From Balanoglossus misakiensis (Eukaryota > Animalia > Hemichordata): 64,000 bases of DNA. Each line of letters starts with the position of its first letter. Within the stretch, counting starts at the first letter, position 1. Made by a program: the position numbers and the translations under genes. A model generated the notes under the pieces. It saw only the letters and a list, made by a program, of their open reading frames with translations, ran no database searches and was not told the DNA's origin. Location of the stretch: NCBI GenBank assembly GCA_040954595.2, contig CM082597.2, forward strand, positions 4,779,244 to 4,843,243, given 5' to 3'. This document shows positions 38,296 to 53,300 of this stretch, piece after piece.

Positions 38296-38358
38296 GCAAT
38301 GGCAAATTACTAACATTTCAACTGTTGCAATGGCAAATTACTAACATTTCAACTGTTG
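38296..38358. repeat. Perfect 31 bp tandem duplication
   Basis: gcaatggcaaattactaacatttcaactgtt twice. Confidence 0.95.
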
Positions 38359-41300
38359 TAATTATACTAAATGCATCCAAAGAATTGATTCCAAAGTTGA
38401 AGTAGAGGGAAGAATTAACAGAACCATATATTAACAATATGTGCGTTTGCGAATAAATGAATTGGGCAACGCGTATATCGACGGTATTCATGATTAAACA
38501 GTGGCATTTTATATCTTGGGGCAGCAATTCAACCACACGTTTCAATTAACACTGAAGCTGTACAAGAATTGTGTGAACGTTAGAAAATATGATGAATGTC
38601 TTGGACTATTCCAGGAAGGGATATGTGGCAGTCCTGTTAATATGGCTCTGTGCAAGTGTGAAGAAATGCCGCGCTCGGTGAGTTGGTTGCTATGGTGACG
38701 CTTTGATGGCGATACAGCAAGGTTTATCTGTTGGTCGTAAAGTGTGAAGACCCGAAGACAGATGGTGGGAGCAGTTCCATTTTCTTTAGATTAGCGTTCC
38801 CCGGGCAGATGCTATATGGATTGTAGTCACAGCTTTGATGGGAGTTAGACGGACACTGGCATCGCTATTTCAACAGAAATGACACAGTCAAGGAAGCAAA
38901 ATGACTACCCGAGTTGCTGATAAATAGTATGCAGAATTTTGGGTATATTTTTACACTGGTGGGGTCGATTATTATTCAAGTAAACTATGGAGATATGCCA
39001 GAAACATGTTTGGTCAAGATTAAGGTTGTCTGGCTTTGGCTGTGGTTATTTTTCAAAAAATTAATAATACAAAATGTTCGCTGAAAAACTCACAGTTCTA
39101 TCTACACAATTCTTCACATATAATGCCGACAAGTCTTAGCTTACCAAGCAGTATGCAACTTCACCAAAAATAAGTAATTACATTAGAACTCCATGCCTTG
39201 ACAGATAAAGGATTAAAAACCTTTTACAATTTCAGGACTTTGATTTCCACAGGAATTAAAGATAACCTCACGTCAAGACCCACTGCATGGAACCGCCAGC
39301 TGATCGCTCACGACTTTGCGCACAGTCCGGGAGCGAAGACAGAACCATGACGCCGGCAATGAACTGCGCAAATCAATAAAGACTTATCGCATAGAAGTAG
39401 GAGAACGCAGCTGATATGTAAGGTGGTTTATAGCCCTTTTCGATCGATAGGTCAACAACGGACAGCAAACGTGGCGAAATACATCCAATATACGTGTCTT
39501 ACATACCCTTTAGCGATTTCAATACACTTGTCGACGATACAGCATTGAATGTTCTTAGCGTTTCATACACAACTCTTTACTTTCTGAGAACAGATGTTCA
39601 AATCGCGCAGCATATGATAAGCACGGTGAGCGTTTCTTTAAGCTAAGAGGTTAAGCTACATCAATCACTTCCCTTGAGATATTTGCCATACACACTTCAT
39701 TCTGTAGGTAAACAGCTGCAGTATAATTGACATGGTTGAATTTCTTCCTTAAATGTTTCAACTGAGGGATTGTGACTTTAAAAAACAAGCTTTTTAGTTT
39801 CAGCTGTCAGATGTCAATTATCACTGCCTGTCTGTCAAATGTTTTAAGTGTACATTTCAAATTGCTTTTGGCTCATTAAAATTCATAGTTTCGGGCTGAT
39901 GTACTATTTGTATCACGTGATTGCGACCTTGGCCCCAAAAGAACTACAGGCCTATCAGTCTTCTTGGATACATGTTCCTATAGGCAGAGCGAGCCATATA
40001 TACTCTATGTTTAGGAGCCAGTACCTTGCGATATACAAGTACGAGAAGCGACACTAATTAGACTTGAAGTTCAAAATAAAAGGGTGAATGTCAAGACGTG
40101 CTTCATTGTCAAATTTAACCTTGGATAGCCTTACTATTATTTCTCTAGAATAACTGGAAGTTCATTTTGTTGCTATATTAGTTTTATCATTGCGATAATA
40201 GATGTCTATCATTCTTTGATGTTAGACTCATGTTCTATCCTGTTATATTAAGCAATTAAAGTATGAGTTGAATGTTGAGAATAGGACTGGCTTCCTGGAC
40301 ACCCGCACTTGCATCCAAATTGCAAGAGGCTTCATTTTAATAATGCCCACTTGCCCTACTTTTTGCACACTCTGAAGAGTGTAAACCTTGACAATACTGA
40401 AAGAACGGAACTGCTTAAGAGTCTATGACGCTAATAACACCTCATTAGAATACAATCTGGTGTATACAATGACTAAAATACGACATATTGGTTACTTCAG
40501 CAGGCGATTCCTTCTTCTCCCTGCCAACTGAGAGCGAAAGCATGGTACGCGATTTTCCTGCAGCAATCGTCGATAAGTACAAATGGGTAATATTGTTTTG
40601 CTCCCATGCTGTCATTTTTAGTAATAGATATATTGTGATATAAAGGAACACCTTCTTTATCAGCTAGCTTATTTTATCCAAAAGCAGATAGATTGACATT
40701 ACAGATAAAGTCTTTGCAAACATAAAAATCCAATATCATCAACAAGAGCTAATGCAAAGGCCAGGGGTTGAAAATTGACTCTTGAATTCAACAAACAAAT
40801 GGATTTGATGAAATCAACTCCGCGCTGATGTAATATAAATCATAAAACAATTTCCGGGTCCAGTGTTTACCAAATACAACAGAAATTTGGCCCAGCTGTG
40901 ACACAGATATAGGGACACTACAGCGAAAGGTCAAGTGTGTTGTTTCACATCAAACGGAGATCGGGTATAAGGCCGACAGGACCTCGCGGTAGTGCGCTTT
41001 TATAGATGATGTAAATGGCGGAGAATTGGACACTTTGGAGAAAAAATCATCATTCTGGACTATTGTCTCCCGAGGCACGCACTACTTTGAATGATCAGTA
41101 GGAGTACTTAACTATGGTGTGACTCATGTTGTAAAAGATATCCAGCCAACGCAAACGTTATCTTCAATGTGATGCTGGCCTGAGCCATTGCCCGCCGGTG
41201 AATGTACAGAGAGGTGAACTTTAGAATTGATTGACATGTATCCAACAGAGTAAGTGTCGTTAAGTATCCATCTTAAGTCTTCTCGTGTTGATAGACTTAC

Positions 41301-44300
41301 GATAGAGTCTTGACTGTATGGACATCTGCGTTGTGTCGAGAATTTGGATGACTACTTGACTCAAGTCACGGCTTACAACATCACATTTCTGAGCCCTATC
41401 AGGTGCAATTTCCAAAAGTAAGCAAGGAAGTGTAAATGTTGACTCGATTGAGGTTTTCTGTGATCGTTCGATGTAAGAGTGCCTCTAATATACCTGTATC
41501 TACGCAAAGTAGAGCATTGATTGAGTGAGATAACAGTTCTTGCATGGGATGTGAATTGTTTCGGCTGAGTTCATGTAAGTGTTGTGGGTGTCAACGGGTT
41601 GATTTTGTATGGTATGTTATGAGCCATACAGTATAATCTTTCACTAGCACGATTTACACAGGGTTTACAAATGTGTACCAATATATGCAATTCACAGCGT
41701 TAAATATAATCTATCCCGAATTGATGAAATAACACTGAGCACAAATTGAACTTGATGCATTGCGTATACGAAGCAATTCACTAGCTTGTCATAAAATGTC
41801 ATATAACTAAAATTGACTCAATACATGCAGCAGTCCAGAAACTTATTTGGTTTATGAGACGATGCGGTTTGTTGGCAGACGGTGAAGGAAATTCCATCAA
41901 TAATGAATGAACTCAAGGGATACAGCGGCTGCTAAATTTATTTTCTGGGCCTAACGAGCCATGTGTGGATATATCTACAGACTTTTACAATGTCTGTAAT
42001 ATCTTTGATCACGCGTGTACAGGTGGCAAAGTATTTATTACATCTTGATATTCCACAGTGGAATTTAACGTGACGTGCTGAGTAGATCAAAGCCGTCGGT
42101 GCGATATTAAGTCCGGGAATTGCATTTGTCGTCACTTTTAATGCTTTCTTCCTGTGCGGTAGTCTTCACCTTGTCGGCACCGTTTTTAATTTGGAATCAT
42201 GTACAGTTATGCGTAGAAACCACATTAAATGAAACTCAACAACGCACATGTACTATGGTAGCTAGGCCGAGGCATTTATATTGCATTATTTAGCCGGAAT
42301 AGCATCTGTAAGCTTGTGGTTTCAGACTCTAGGTCCTTTAAGGTTTCATGAACCCTATATTACCTTACCTGATTGTACTTCCGTTGGTAAGGGTTTGGCA
42401 CAATCAACATGTAAAAAGTTGCATGAGTAGTCTATTTTGTAATTCAGTACATAATTATAGAGGTCTTGTAGCGGTTGTAGTCAACTTGATGGATTTTACC
42501 AACGGAAGCACGACGATGTATGGTCAACGTCATGTAGAGGTCATGAAATGGCCTATTCAACAAATCATTATTGTAGTGGTGTATGCGACGATAACGATTG
42601 TACTGAAATATATGCTTGGGGTGTTTACTGTGCTAATTAACATCAGCCAGAAAAAGACCAACATACTTGCCGTCGTTAAGCAGCAATGCACAAATAGGTT
42701 TAGACTCTTTTCAACAGCCTACAATTGGTAACTATACACGCACAACCGGCTAGGGAGGCCGTGTTCTTGATAGGCATGACGGCGCCTACATATCATATTA
42801 CAGCGAAAAATAAGAAATCGATTGACCGGAATAATCTCGTCTTACTCCCTTGCCCATCGTTTTAAGAGGTCCGGATGCTTGGCGTGTTGTCAAGCGGCAG
42901 ATAAAGTCGTGTTTACGTGGGACGCACTCACTCGAGCCAATGAACGATCACACTACGCAATCGCATATTGAATATCACTCTCCCAGCAGAAAGTGTCTCC
43001 GTACATAATAGCCGCTAATGCGCCTTTAAAATTCGTCGGGAATCACATGTTTTCGTAGACTGCAAGGCGTCAGCCCCCATCTCCCATTGCCAGGTCGTGG
43101 CATCGCCCACAGCATCCCGAATGTCAAGGGAACGCAGAAGAAAATTTAATAAACACATACCACATTATATATACACTACCAGGTCATGGCTACTGTTTTA
43201 ATTTCATACTACTTAGCACTCATTAACAACAAAAAATGCAAACATATTCCTACAAGTGTGTGGTTACCAAAAAGAAAGAAAAACAGATAATCAATACCAC
43301 CTAATCGTACAAATTCTAACATGACCATATTTTTGGGAGGAGTTCGGAAGGGGAATATTATAGGAAGGTCACATGAGACATTGGGTACCCTGAGTTTGTC
43401 AACTTTCCAGTTTCCCTGCACCACTTGATATTTTTCCAAATGGATTCCTTCCAATCTGCATTTCAATGGATGCGGAAAGCTGGGTTAAGTAAATGTCAAA
43501 AGGTACAGGGCTGCTGTGAGATATACCGTACACATGTCTCCAAATGCAGTGTGCAGTTTTCGCTGGATAAGATTTAAAGCTATATTCCATCTTCCTGAAG
43601 TTGCGGACTGGGATGCCATTTCGCAGATACTTAAAGAAAACCAACGCCTGCATACAACCCCGGAAGCGACTACATCTTTTAGGTTTCACTTCATCTATGA
43701 TGTTACGATCGGTTTTACGAAGAAACCTACTGATATTTGTTGGTTCCAAATCATCCAGACTGTGCAACGATGGTCTTGAATCTAATCATGAACTAAAATA
43801 ATTTGGGCTGAGGGATTACAGTAACAAGGATGCGACAGAGAAACAGGGGAGGTTCGGTTGATGCAATTAATTATTTACCGTTTATATTCATGACCTTAAA
43901 TGACTGCTGAAAATGTAATGCACATGCAAGTTTAATATGCGCGGGGGACCATGCATGAAGACGCATATGCGACTTCTTGCAGTATGTTGGATAATGGTTT
44001 ATCTCGCACCCTCTAGGGAGTCGACTGGAAACTGCATTTACTTATTAGAAATTCCAACAAGAAGTCAGAAACGGTGTTCTAGGAAGCGAAGCGAGCAAAC
44101 TATCTCAAAGGACCACTGCAAAGATGAGCAGCTTTTTTTAACCCTCCACCATGGGAGTGTTAATCATTTATTTGGGTATGTAGTGGCGTCTGCTCAGCTA
44201 GACGTTTGATTTTTTGTGTGATGTCTTTGTCTTAGTTTGCGTCATGCTTATTTGTGTGCGTCTCCATGCGAACATCTCTTCTCCATCTTTCTCTCTGATC

Positions 44301-47300
44301 AATCACTAATTCAAACACCTGGCACCACCCACTTAGCAGTGGTTCCAGATGGCATTAACGTAACACTCATTTGTCCTTATTTTCCTGGACCTACTTATTA
44401 CATAGCTTCACCCGCTACCTTGTGTCGTAAACGTGTCAATCAGGGTGATTGTACAAAACGGCTTATTTCTACATCCAAGAGTTTTTGACAACTGGCACAA
44501 GCAAGTAGATAAATGCAAAGTATCTCCTAAACAAATGATGGCTGATAGCATCAGTGGTGTTTGTCTTCAGAGGTTGATATATGGCCATATGTGGGTAGGT
44601 TAATTTACTTTTTAAGAAACACCTGATGTTGGCCTTTTACAAGATGTCCATATATCTTTCTTTAATGGACTTTACTCTGGTACAGGTATATTTTACACTA
44701 CTAAGCGTCTGATGTTCGATTGATGATGCCATCTCCTCTCCTCTTGTCATTCAAATTGATGAATAAAACATAGGGATTACCGAACTATTTCATGAAATCT
44801 AGACTGCGAATTTACCCAATAATGTAGAAAACAGGTGAATCAAGCATATGTGACTTGTACCCTAAAAACCTACAAAAAGCTTCACTGGGGAAATCAGAAC
44901 AACTAATTATAAATCATGATGTCGTGGCACGAGTCAGGTGTCCCGTCAACTGAAGATGGAAATGTGGACAGACATCTGCGGTAACTGCATGATTGATTAG
45001 ATTGTGTATCTTGGCAACGGCAACGTAAAACAATGTTAATGTCCATACTCATTATAATCACAAGCATCACTGGTGCATACGACATTTGAGTTTTTCCACA
45101 TCAATCAGATTTATATACAATTATTACAGAATGTCGCCTATGATAAAAAGCCGAAGTCTAGCCTACAAGGCTATCATGACATAAGCATCTTGTCCTGTGT
45201 ATGAAATCCCTTCTAAAAAATTAAAAGCCGTAAAATTAAAGTTCAGACTTTTATAAATATTATAACTGTTTATCATGAGTTGACAAGAGGATAATTGTGA
45301 ATATGACAGAGACATAAATTGACCCTAATCCATAAATAATGGTTGCGTCAAAAGGGTGTCCTCTGTGGAATAAAGCAGAAATCTGCCATCGTTATTATAA
45401 ATATGCGCACTATCAATTTTCACTAAAGCTGTTTTTTGAAACCTATCATTTTAGCTATTTATTTAAACATTCGCTTTCTTTTCTTTAATAGCTAATGACA
45501 ATACACACTATATCATGATTACCACATATATTGTGTAGTATTATTGATGATATCAATTTTCGACATGGATAGTCTCAGTGGAAATGATTCAATGACAGAC
45601 AGTCTGTCGTTTCGTTGAAATTGTCCAGGTCCGTGCTGACTCATTGCTTTAATGTCCACACTTCAGTGTCAAAGTACAATTACCGGTGATAAACACACAT
45701 TACTATTCATGGACAGATTGAGATTCAATTAATGATATCAAAAGCTAGTCAATAAATGAGCACTGTGACTTAATCTCAGTGTATTAAGGTTCCGGTACTG
45801 CATTACATCAGGGTATCAAATCCCCTTACTCTACTCATGCTTTATCATATTAATAAGAAGTCTTGACCAATTTCCAGAAGTAAGCTACTGTTGACCCCCA
45901 GATGCAACGGAAATCACCATTCAGTTGAATAGGTATCTCCGTTTCGTGTATTTAAATTACAGCCAGGCACCGACGGCCAAATCACTAATTGAAGCCCGTG
46001 CCTGGGAAATGTTATCCATGCACATAATAGACGATACAGCCATTTCCAAGTCGGTAGCAATCCATAACCAGCAAGTATTGTTATATTGAGGGGCATGTTT
46101 GAAATCGCGAGGTTACCTCGCCAGCATTGTGGCTCACAAACAGCCAAGGGCATGGTGGGGCCGCAGAACCACAAGAAGTATATTACTCAACTTTGTGTGC
46201 GCAATCTAGAAGCCTATTAACCTATGGGGTAAAAAGACTTTAAAATTGTTCATTCTCTTATTGGTGTCGACGTCTTCTTGTTATCATGAACCATTGCTGT
46301 TATTGACCATACAATGTATTTCCTTAATCTGTCGCACGATGCAAGACCAGAGCCTTATAGGATAGTATTACACATGTTTGAACACAACGTTCTTCACTAC
46401 ATTCTTAATCAAAACATCATTGGGCATTTAGCCTTGGTAGCTGCACTTATATACATGTACATTAGCCTTCTGGTATGCATTTCACGTCTGAAAAAACTGA
46501 TTCTTAGAATGTCATAATGGGTCTTCCTTTTAACCGGATTCTTATGAACCATTACGTAGAAAGGAGGACTTTTCTCGAATACCAATGAGACTAGAATGCA
46601 GTTTATTTCACCATCTATGCTTTCGTAAACGTGCCTGGAATTAACCGAAGCCTCATTTATGCAGTCACTATCATCCAGCGCTGTTCGAGAAGACATGGCC
46701 AGCAGAAAGAAGCGAAGCGTGTTGAAGTCTGTGGCAGCTGACAGATTTGCTGTTTCAGCCCAGGGCAAGCTCTAACTGTCCGTTGAACAGAGTTCATCTT
46801 CTTTATCGGATGAAAAGGTCAGAATGTCAGCCGGGGAATCCACTCTGACTGAGAGACTCTCTGTGTGGTGGGGTGCCAGCGGTCAGGTGGTAACATGGAA
46901 CTTTCGAATTTGTCAGCAAACCTCGGGCTTCCCGAGAATGATGCGCCTTCAGGGGAAAAAGTGAGCCACAGTACATCTGTGGTCTTGAAACATTAAATAA
47001 CGCACGGCCTCGGTGACCTCTTCAATATAGGCCATTTATCTGACGCCAGGCAGCCTACTTGAAGGGACAGGGGGTTGCCAGTGGACCACAGATAACACGA
47101 CCCTAGTTGAAGAAACTCTACAATTTATTAATATTGCAGTATATGTCTCTCCAAGGGTCGCTGTATGTTATTCATAATCCCGAATGCATTTCTCTACCGG
47201 GAGTATATATTTCTCTGTGGTCCATACTATCAAAACCTCTGATCCATGCGCGATCCCATGTTCCTTGGAAGATATTATATTCGACAAGCATACTATTTGC

Positions 47301-50066
47301 ATAGTTGCAAATTCACATTAGATCTGACTGACAATTCAAAATTCCCATACACGGTTGTCAGAAAACTGTTCATATTACTCATTCAACGCATTGAGTATTT
47401 GCCATCACTGTTTATAACAGTTAAATCTGAAGCCTATTTTCTTTACTTTTATGTATCATGTTAATACCTTCACTATACTGCACTTCATCATGTTCTGCAT
47501 TAAATGTTGCAACCGTTCTTTCTCTCACAGAATCAGAATTAATATACCGGTAGTAGTAGAGCAGAAACATTTCTTTAAAAGGACTTGTTGCAACAGTGCT
47601 TGTTTGAGCGCAATATCAGCTTTGACATATGACGCAAAACCTACAAACACTTCAGATTATTACAAATCGCGAAAATATGTTTCCATGAACTTCGCAAGAA
47701 ACTTAACGATCTACTATGCGCAAAAGCACTGGAATGCAGTTATCACGCATGCAGCATTTCTTGTAAACTCTATATACATTGCTCTGCTGGCGGGCATGAT
47801 CAGTGCGTGTACGACTGGATAGAGTGAGACCATTGTAGCCCCTGGGATAGACATCCTATTTTCAATTTCCAAGCTCATTTAGGCTGTTATTCCAAGAAAT
47901 CGTGTGTCTGTTGTTGAAATCATCCTTGGTTACACATGCTAGACTTTCTGCGCTGCAACGAGATACAAGCAAAACGTTTTGGCCACACAGTAGGCATGTA
48001 CTGACATTTTTCGACAACACAGGAAAAAAGAAATATGTTGTATGCTTTTCCAATCATACAATCAGTCTGTTTCTTATCAACTGAGACTGGCTACAATTTA
48101 TATTTATCAATATCAATGTTCAGTACATTTTCGTGTAATAGCCTGTTGCATGCAAGCCGACATGATGTCTTAGTAAACTTGCCTGGAACACCCGTGAATG
48201 ACTACACACCTGCCACGCACGGGTTGTTAATGAGCCCTGATAACGTTAAAACAGACTTTAAAGTCAATGTTCTCGAGCATTCGATGACAATCTGGTCACG
48301 CCTCGCTGATAAGTTGATTAAAACGTCAACACTGTTGACAAATACCGATAACTGTTCGCTGGGGATAGGATTGTCGTGACTTTAGTACAACACAACGTGT
48401 ACAGCATGAACATACACTAGATAAAGATAAGATCACTACTTAACCGAATGCAGTGCACATGCGCGGTTATATTGTAGCCTTAGGGGCTTACATGTTCCGT
48501 GCTACTAAATCTGTTACTGCCACGCTCAGCACTCAACATATGGCGATTAACTCGCTGATTACAGAAATCACGAGAAGCACAGTATTAATTCACAATAGTC
48601 AACTTTATAAACTCTTCCAAGTTGATAATAAAATAGTCTGTAATAATTATAGCACATTGCTGTCGGTTTGTTTAAAGATATTTGATAAGACAAAAATACC
48701 AACAATTTCACAATGAAATAAAAACAAATAGACTAAAGATAACATCTTCACAGGGATACTAAGAGTATGTTTTCAGCAAAAAAGTAAATGCTGACTTGCA
48801 GAATAAATAACCAGTGATTACAGATGGTGGACTTATAAGCTGCTCAATATCATTTCTCTTTACTTTTAACTTTTCAGGTGTTAATTAATAACTCTGTTTC
48901 CTGTCGCCTCCCGTGAGAAATTCGCAACAGTAAATTGAACAACAGCATTATAATGGAAACCCACACCCCAGGAGAACTTAATAGAATTTGTAATGAATAC
49001 AACGGAACAGAGTTAAATGCGCAGGATATTGTGCTGTGGTCTCCAGGGAGATTTGTGGTTTAAACGTGGCTTACATCACACAGAACTACTGGATTAATTA
49101 CCTGTTTGAAATTAGATGTGTCTCAGAGAAGCATTAAGATAACGCTAAGCATGTACAGCTGCCGAGATTAATTTCCCGACACCAAACGTGTAAACGATAG
49201 AAACACTGTTTCGAATATCCTTTTCAACGACAAAATCGCAAAGTGCACCTGTAAGGATTTCCCGCGCAAATGATTAGTGTTATCTAAAAAGAATTGGACA
49301 CCTCAGCAATCGGGTCTCGGCCATGAAACGTGACAAGTAAAACATTACTGTCTGTGAATAATTATTTATTTGGTCGATGTTTAATCAAAGTTTATGACCC
49401 TTGCTTCACCAGCGACGCATTTGTGCAATTACATGTTCAACGAAATAAATTATGTATATTTGTAACATAAATAACCGATGCATTTTGACATATAACCAAT
49501 AGATAATGTCAGCGTTCCTGCCTGTCGTCTGGTGGCCATATTGTTTTCGAGAACTTACTTTGGGTGGAAATATCAAAATTATTCTTTAACATTTGGACAA
49601 TAAGATATATTTAACAAAGTCCTGAACGTCAGCTATGAACATGAAATCTGAGACAAAACAATATAGTGCAAAAATTGTGCACAGAAACGATATTCAACGT
49701 GAAAACGTGCGACATCATAACATGATCATAGCGCACAGAAATTGATAACCCACGCATTAAAGTTCGGTTCACGAGAGCGCATCGTTTCAGTTCTTTCTTT
49801 CTAAGAACCCAGAATGTTCCTAGTATATTTCACATTTCTCGGATAACCATCTAGGCGACAATCGATATATGAACGTACGAAGCCACCAGATAAGAAGCGA
49901 GACCCATAATTACCCTGAATGTGCTGTGGGCTAGTGACGGATTCTTTGAAATCTCGCATATGCAGGTACCTAATACATGATACAGCTGTTGTTGTCTCCA
50001 TATGCTAATCATAGTCTTTATGTAGGTTTATGGGTTATTAACAATGATATGTATGCTATAAGTACC

Positions 50067-50302
50067 TTGTAGATTGGATTCCGTACTGAATGGTTATTGC
50101 AGATTTAAACTAAAATGTATGTTGACAATAGAATGAACAATGTTTTTTACGATTTTTTACAGATAGCGCGAGCTGAACTTTTTGAGGTAAAGAAGAACAC
50201 ACAAGAAAATACAGGCTATAGGAAATCAAAAGATTGAAACTAAAAGGTCGATTGGATGACTGTGCTTTTGTAGATGGATTCCGTACTGCATGGTTACTGC
50301 AG
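50067..50302. repeat. 35-36 bp direct repeats ~200 bp apart (50067-50102 and 50268-50302)
   Basis: ttgtagattggattccgtactgaatggttattgcag and ttgtagatggattccgtactgcatggttactgcag. Confidence 0.85.
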
Positions 50303-53300
50303 GGTTATCCTAAATATACCGGTATATGTTTATTCCTTGCATACGATATCATAGTCACATGTGAGGTGTAGTCAAGCCAGTCACACACATAGCATTTGCA
50401 GAGCGAGAATCACTGTCTCCACGACGATGGGCATTGGCAGTCACAAACGCGAAACATTTTCAACTTAAGCCAGTGCTTGATGAACGCAGAAACGACAGTA
50501 ATTAGGAGACCCTGTACCTCGATTGCAGCGACATATATAAATATTCCTCCCAGATTTGCTGATTCTTCCCTAATGGGTCCAAGAAGGCACCTCACTGATC
50601 CATCCCTGTTGTTCGCCCTGTGGATTTTATTAACTGACGTCGAGTTTTAAAAGGGGTTCTCCAACCTTATTATTGAATAATCCCGACTTGCCCTTTAAGA
50701 GGCTAGAGTGTACCTTGTGTTGATATTTAAACCAGCTCAAATATCACCTCCCGGGATTGTACATAAGCCGTGTTTTATTCTTTTCTAGATTGGAGAAAAA
50801 ATGCAAGCTAATCTCTTTACAGTGGCATACTCAATAGGCTCTCATCACAATATTAGCCGATGTATTGCAAAAAAAAAAATGCCTGATTGAATTATTTAGA
50901 TGAAGTGCTTACTGTTCCCTCTGGTTATATGAAAATAGGCTTAAAATCAGCAGAAGAAAAGGCTACCAATTTTCATAAAGTATTACAGAAATAATAATAT
51001 TGCTGTAGTACAGAATGGTAAATGTTATGCGCATGTACATCTGCAAGTGCGCCATTAAAGTAACGAGGAACCACGATTCTTAGAACGTGATCAAAAGCAC
51101 ATATATACCTCAATGGCCAAAGCGGATTACCGACTCAATATTCCTCGATGAAGTTTACGCTGTCGATACGACCTTGTCTTTCTGCCGTACTTTGTGTGCA
51201 TTCAATCATCAAAGTAAGACACTTCATCAGAAGATTAATCTGTCTTTTACTTGCCAGGATTATATCTCATACCTTAAGGGTGTTTACCTCCAGTGTTCAC
51301 ATATACTGTACATTATTTTTCAGTAATACATCATATGTGGTACCTTGGGATAACAAACCGACGTCATTTGATTAAATTTTATTTGTTATTATAATTATTT
51401 TACTCTTTGGACCAGCCATATAAGTAGAAATGCTATGATTTAAGAAGGTTAAGCTCACTATGGAAAAAAAAAACTTCTTTTAAGAGAAAATTGGCCAACA
51501 AGAATTGAATGTTGCAATGGGAATAACATTTTAAAAATGGTTCTAATAGAAAAAACATGCTACACCTTGATATTTCCGATTTACAAAAATGTTAAAATTG
51601 GTTTCTAGTCAAAATATTAAATTGCGTTTGTACAAAGAGCGACGCATCCGTTTCACTGTCGTCTGTTGTGTATAAATCACGTAATGTTTTATTGAAAAGT
51701 AATGAATTGACGATGTGAATGCCCACCTAAATGAAATGAGTTATTGGTAGTGATAGAAAATGCACTGTTACATAAAGTTGCGCGTGTCTAGTCATTCGGA
51801 CCTATTCTGCTTCACCGACTATATTGTTATTGCGTAGTTATGACACTGGCTACAAAAATTGTACAATTTCCAACAACAGTTCACTCACTGGCATGAATAA
51901 TCACAGCTATATTGAGTTTCTTTACGAGAATTGAGAATATCACTCCAATGTTGTATAGCAGGATGTTGAATACAATGACATTATATTGTTGGTGGATACA
52001 CACAGTACATTGAAAGACCAAATATGGGCAAATAAGATGTATCTAATTAATTAAAGGGGTGCAGCCAATCAGTTCTTTCCAAAAGAGTGAGCTAACCCTG
52101 CTGAATATTTATATCCGTTTTCTCACATTCTGTCCTATACATCGTAATCGATGATCTGGTGAAATGTCTTTTAAAAGAAGAATCTCTCTTTCTGTGTGTA
52201 CAATAACACTTTGAAAAGGCTAATAGCCACATTATTCGACGTTGAGTTCAGGGTACATGAGCATAGTACATTAGCTTCCTATTTTGATATAATTAAAATG
52301 AACCCATCTACAATGATGGTTATAAGACGTATTACCCATTAGACGGGTGGCAACACTATCTCTTCAATCTTAAATGTTGGAGAAAAATCATGACAACTAT
52401 TTTCACTGGGGAAGTTTTCACACAGGTATAACAATTGCTACCCGCAACTTCACTTCACCATTGCAAAGATATTTGACATCTCATGAAAAAAAGAAGAAAT
52501 GTGATATTGTAATAGAGACTGCAACTGCCTATGAAATACTATGTTCATACTCCTGTCCGTTTCCATGACAATGTGATTATCGTGATAAATGTGCGCGGTG
52601 TGATAATGAAACCTGGCGGGAGTGTCTGAGATGGGATACCCTTGCAAACAGAACTGTAGAGACAAGCGCGTGATAAAGAATACAAGCCCGGAAGGTAAGA
52701 TGCAGATGTTTGAGGTGCCAATAAGGGTTCATCACTCGCGTTGCGTACATGAAAATGACACCTTGTCTGCTATATCGGTGGCGTAGATGTCGCTCGATAT
52801 GATGAGAGCCTCGAAGCTAAGAAAGAACACACTAATCAGTATCTACGCCCTGCTTCCTCTCAATAGAACATGGTTAAAGACACTCACTTTTCAGAAAAGA
52901 GAGATCTCCCCTTTCCACTGACTGAAATCGAAACTTTCAAAATAAATAAATTTTGTTCAGTGAGAATAAAAGTTTATGTTTTATGGCTTTCCATCACCAC
53001 GCAAATAAATATGACCTCGTCTTTGTAAATTATGGAATTATGGAAATATAAAACTTCCTGGTTAATGCTATTCCGTATTATGCCCAGGTTACTTTCTAAG
53101 TATAATCCTTTGTGGTTATAGGGGAGGATAACGAAATGGAAACTAACTTCCTGTGTAAACATAAAACGTGTATTATTTGACGGAAATATTTATGAGGGTA
53201 AACTGCTTATGCATGCATGTGTATGCGAAACGCCTACTACCTTAAACAGATGACCACATTTCACACAATATGGCCCAATATGTTGTATGGGTTAGCTAGA

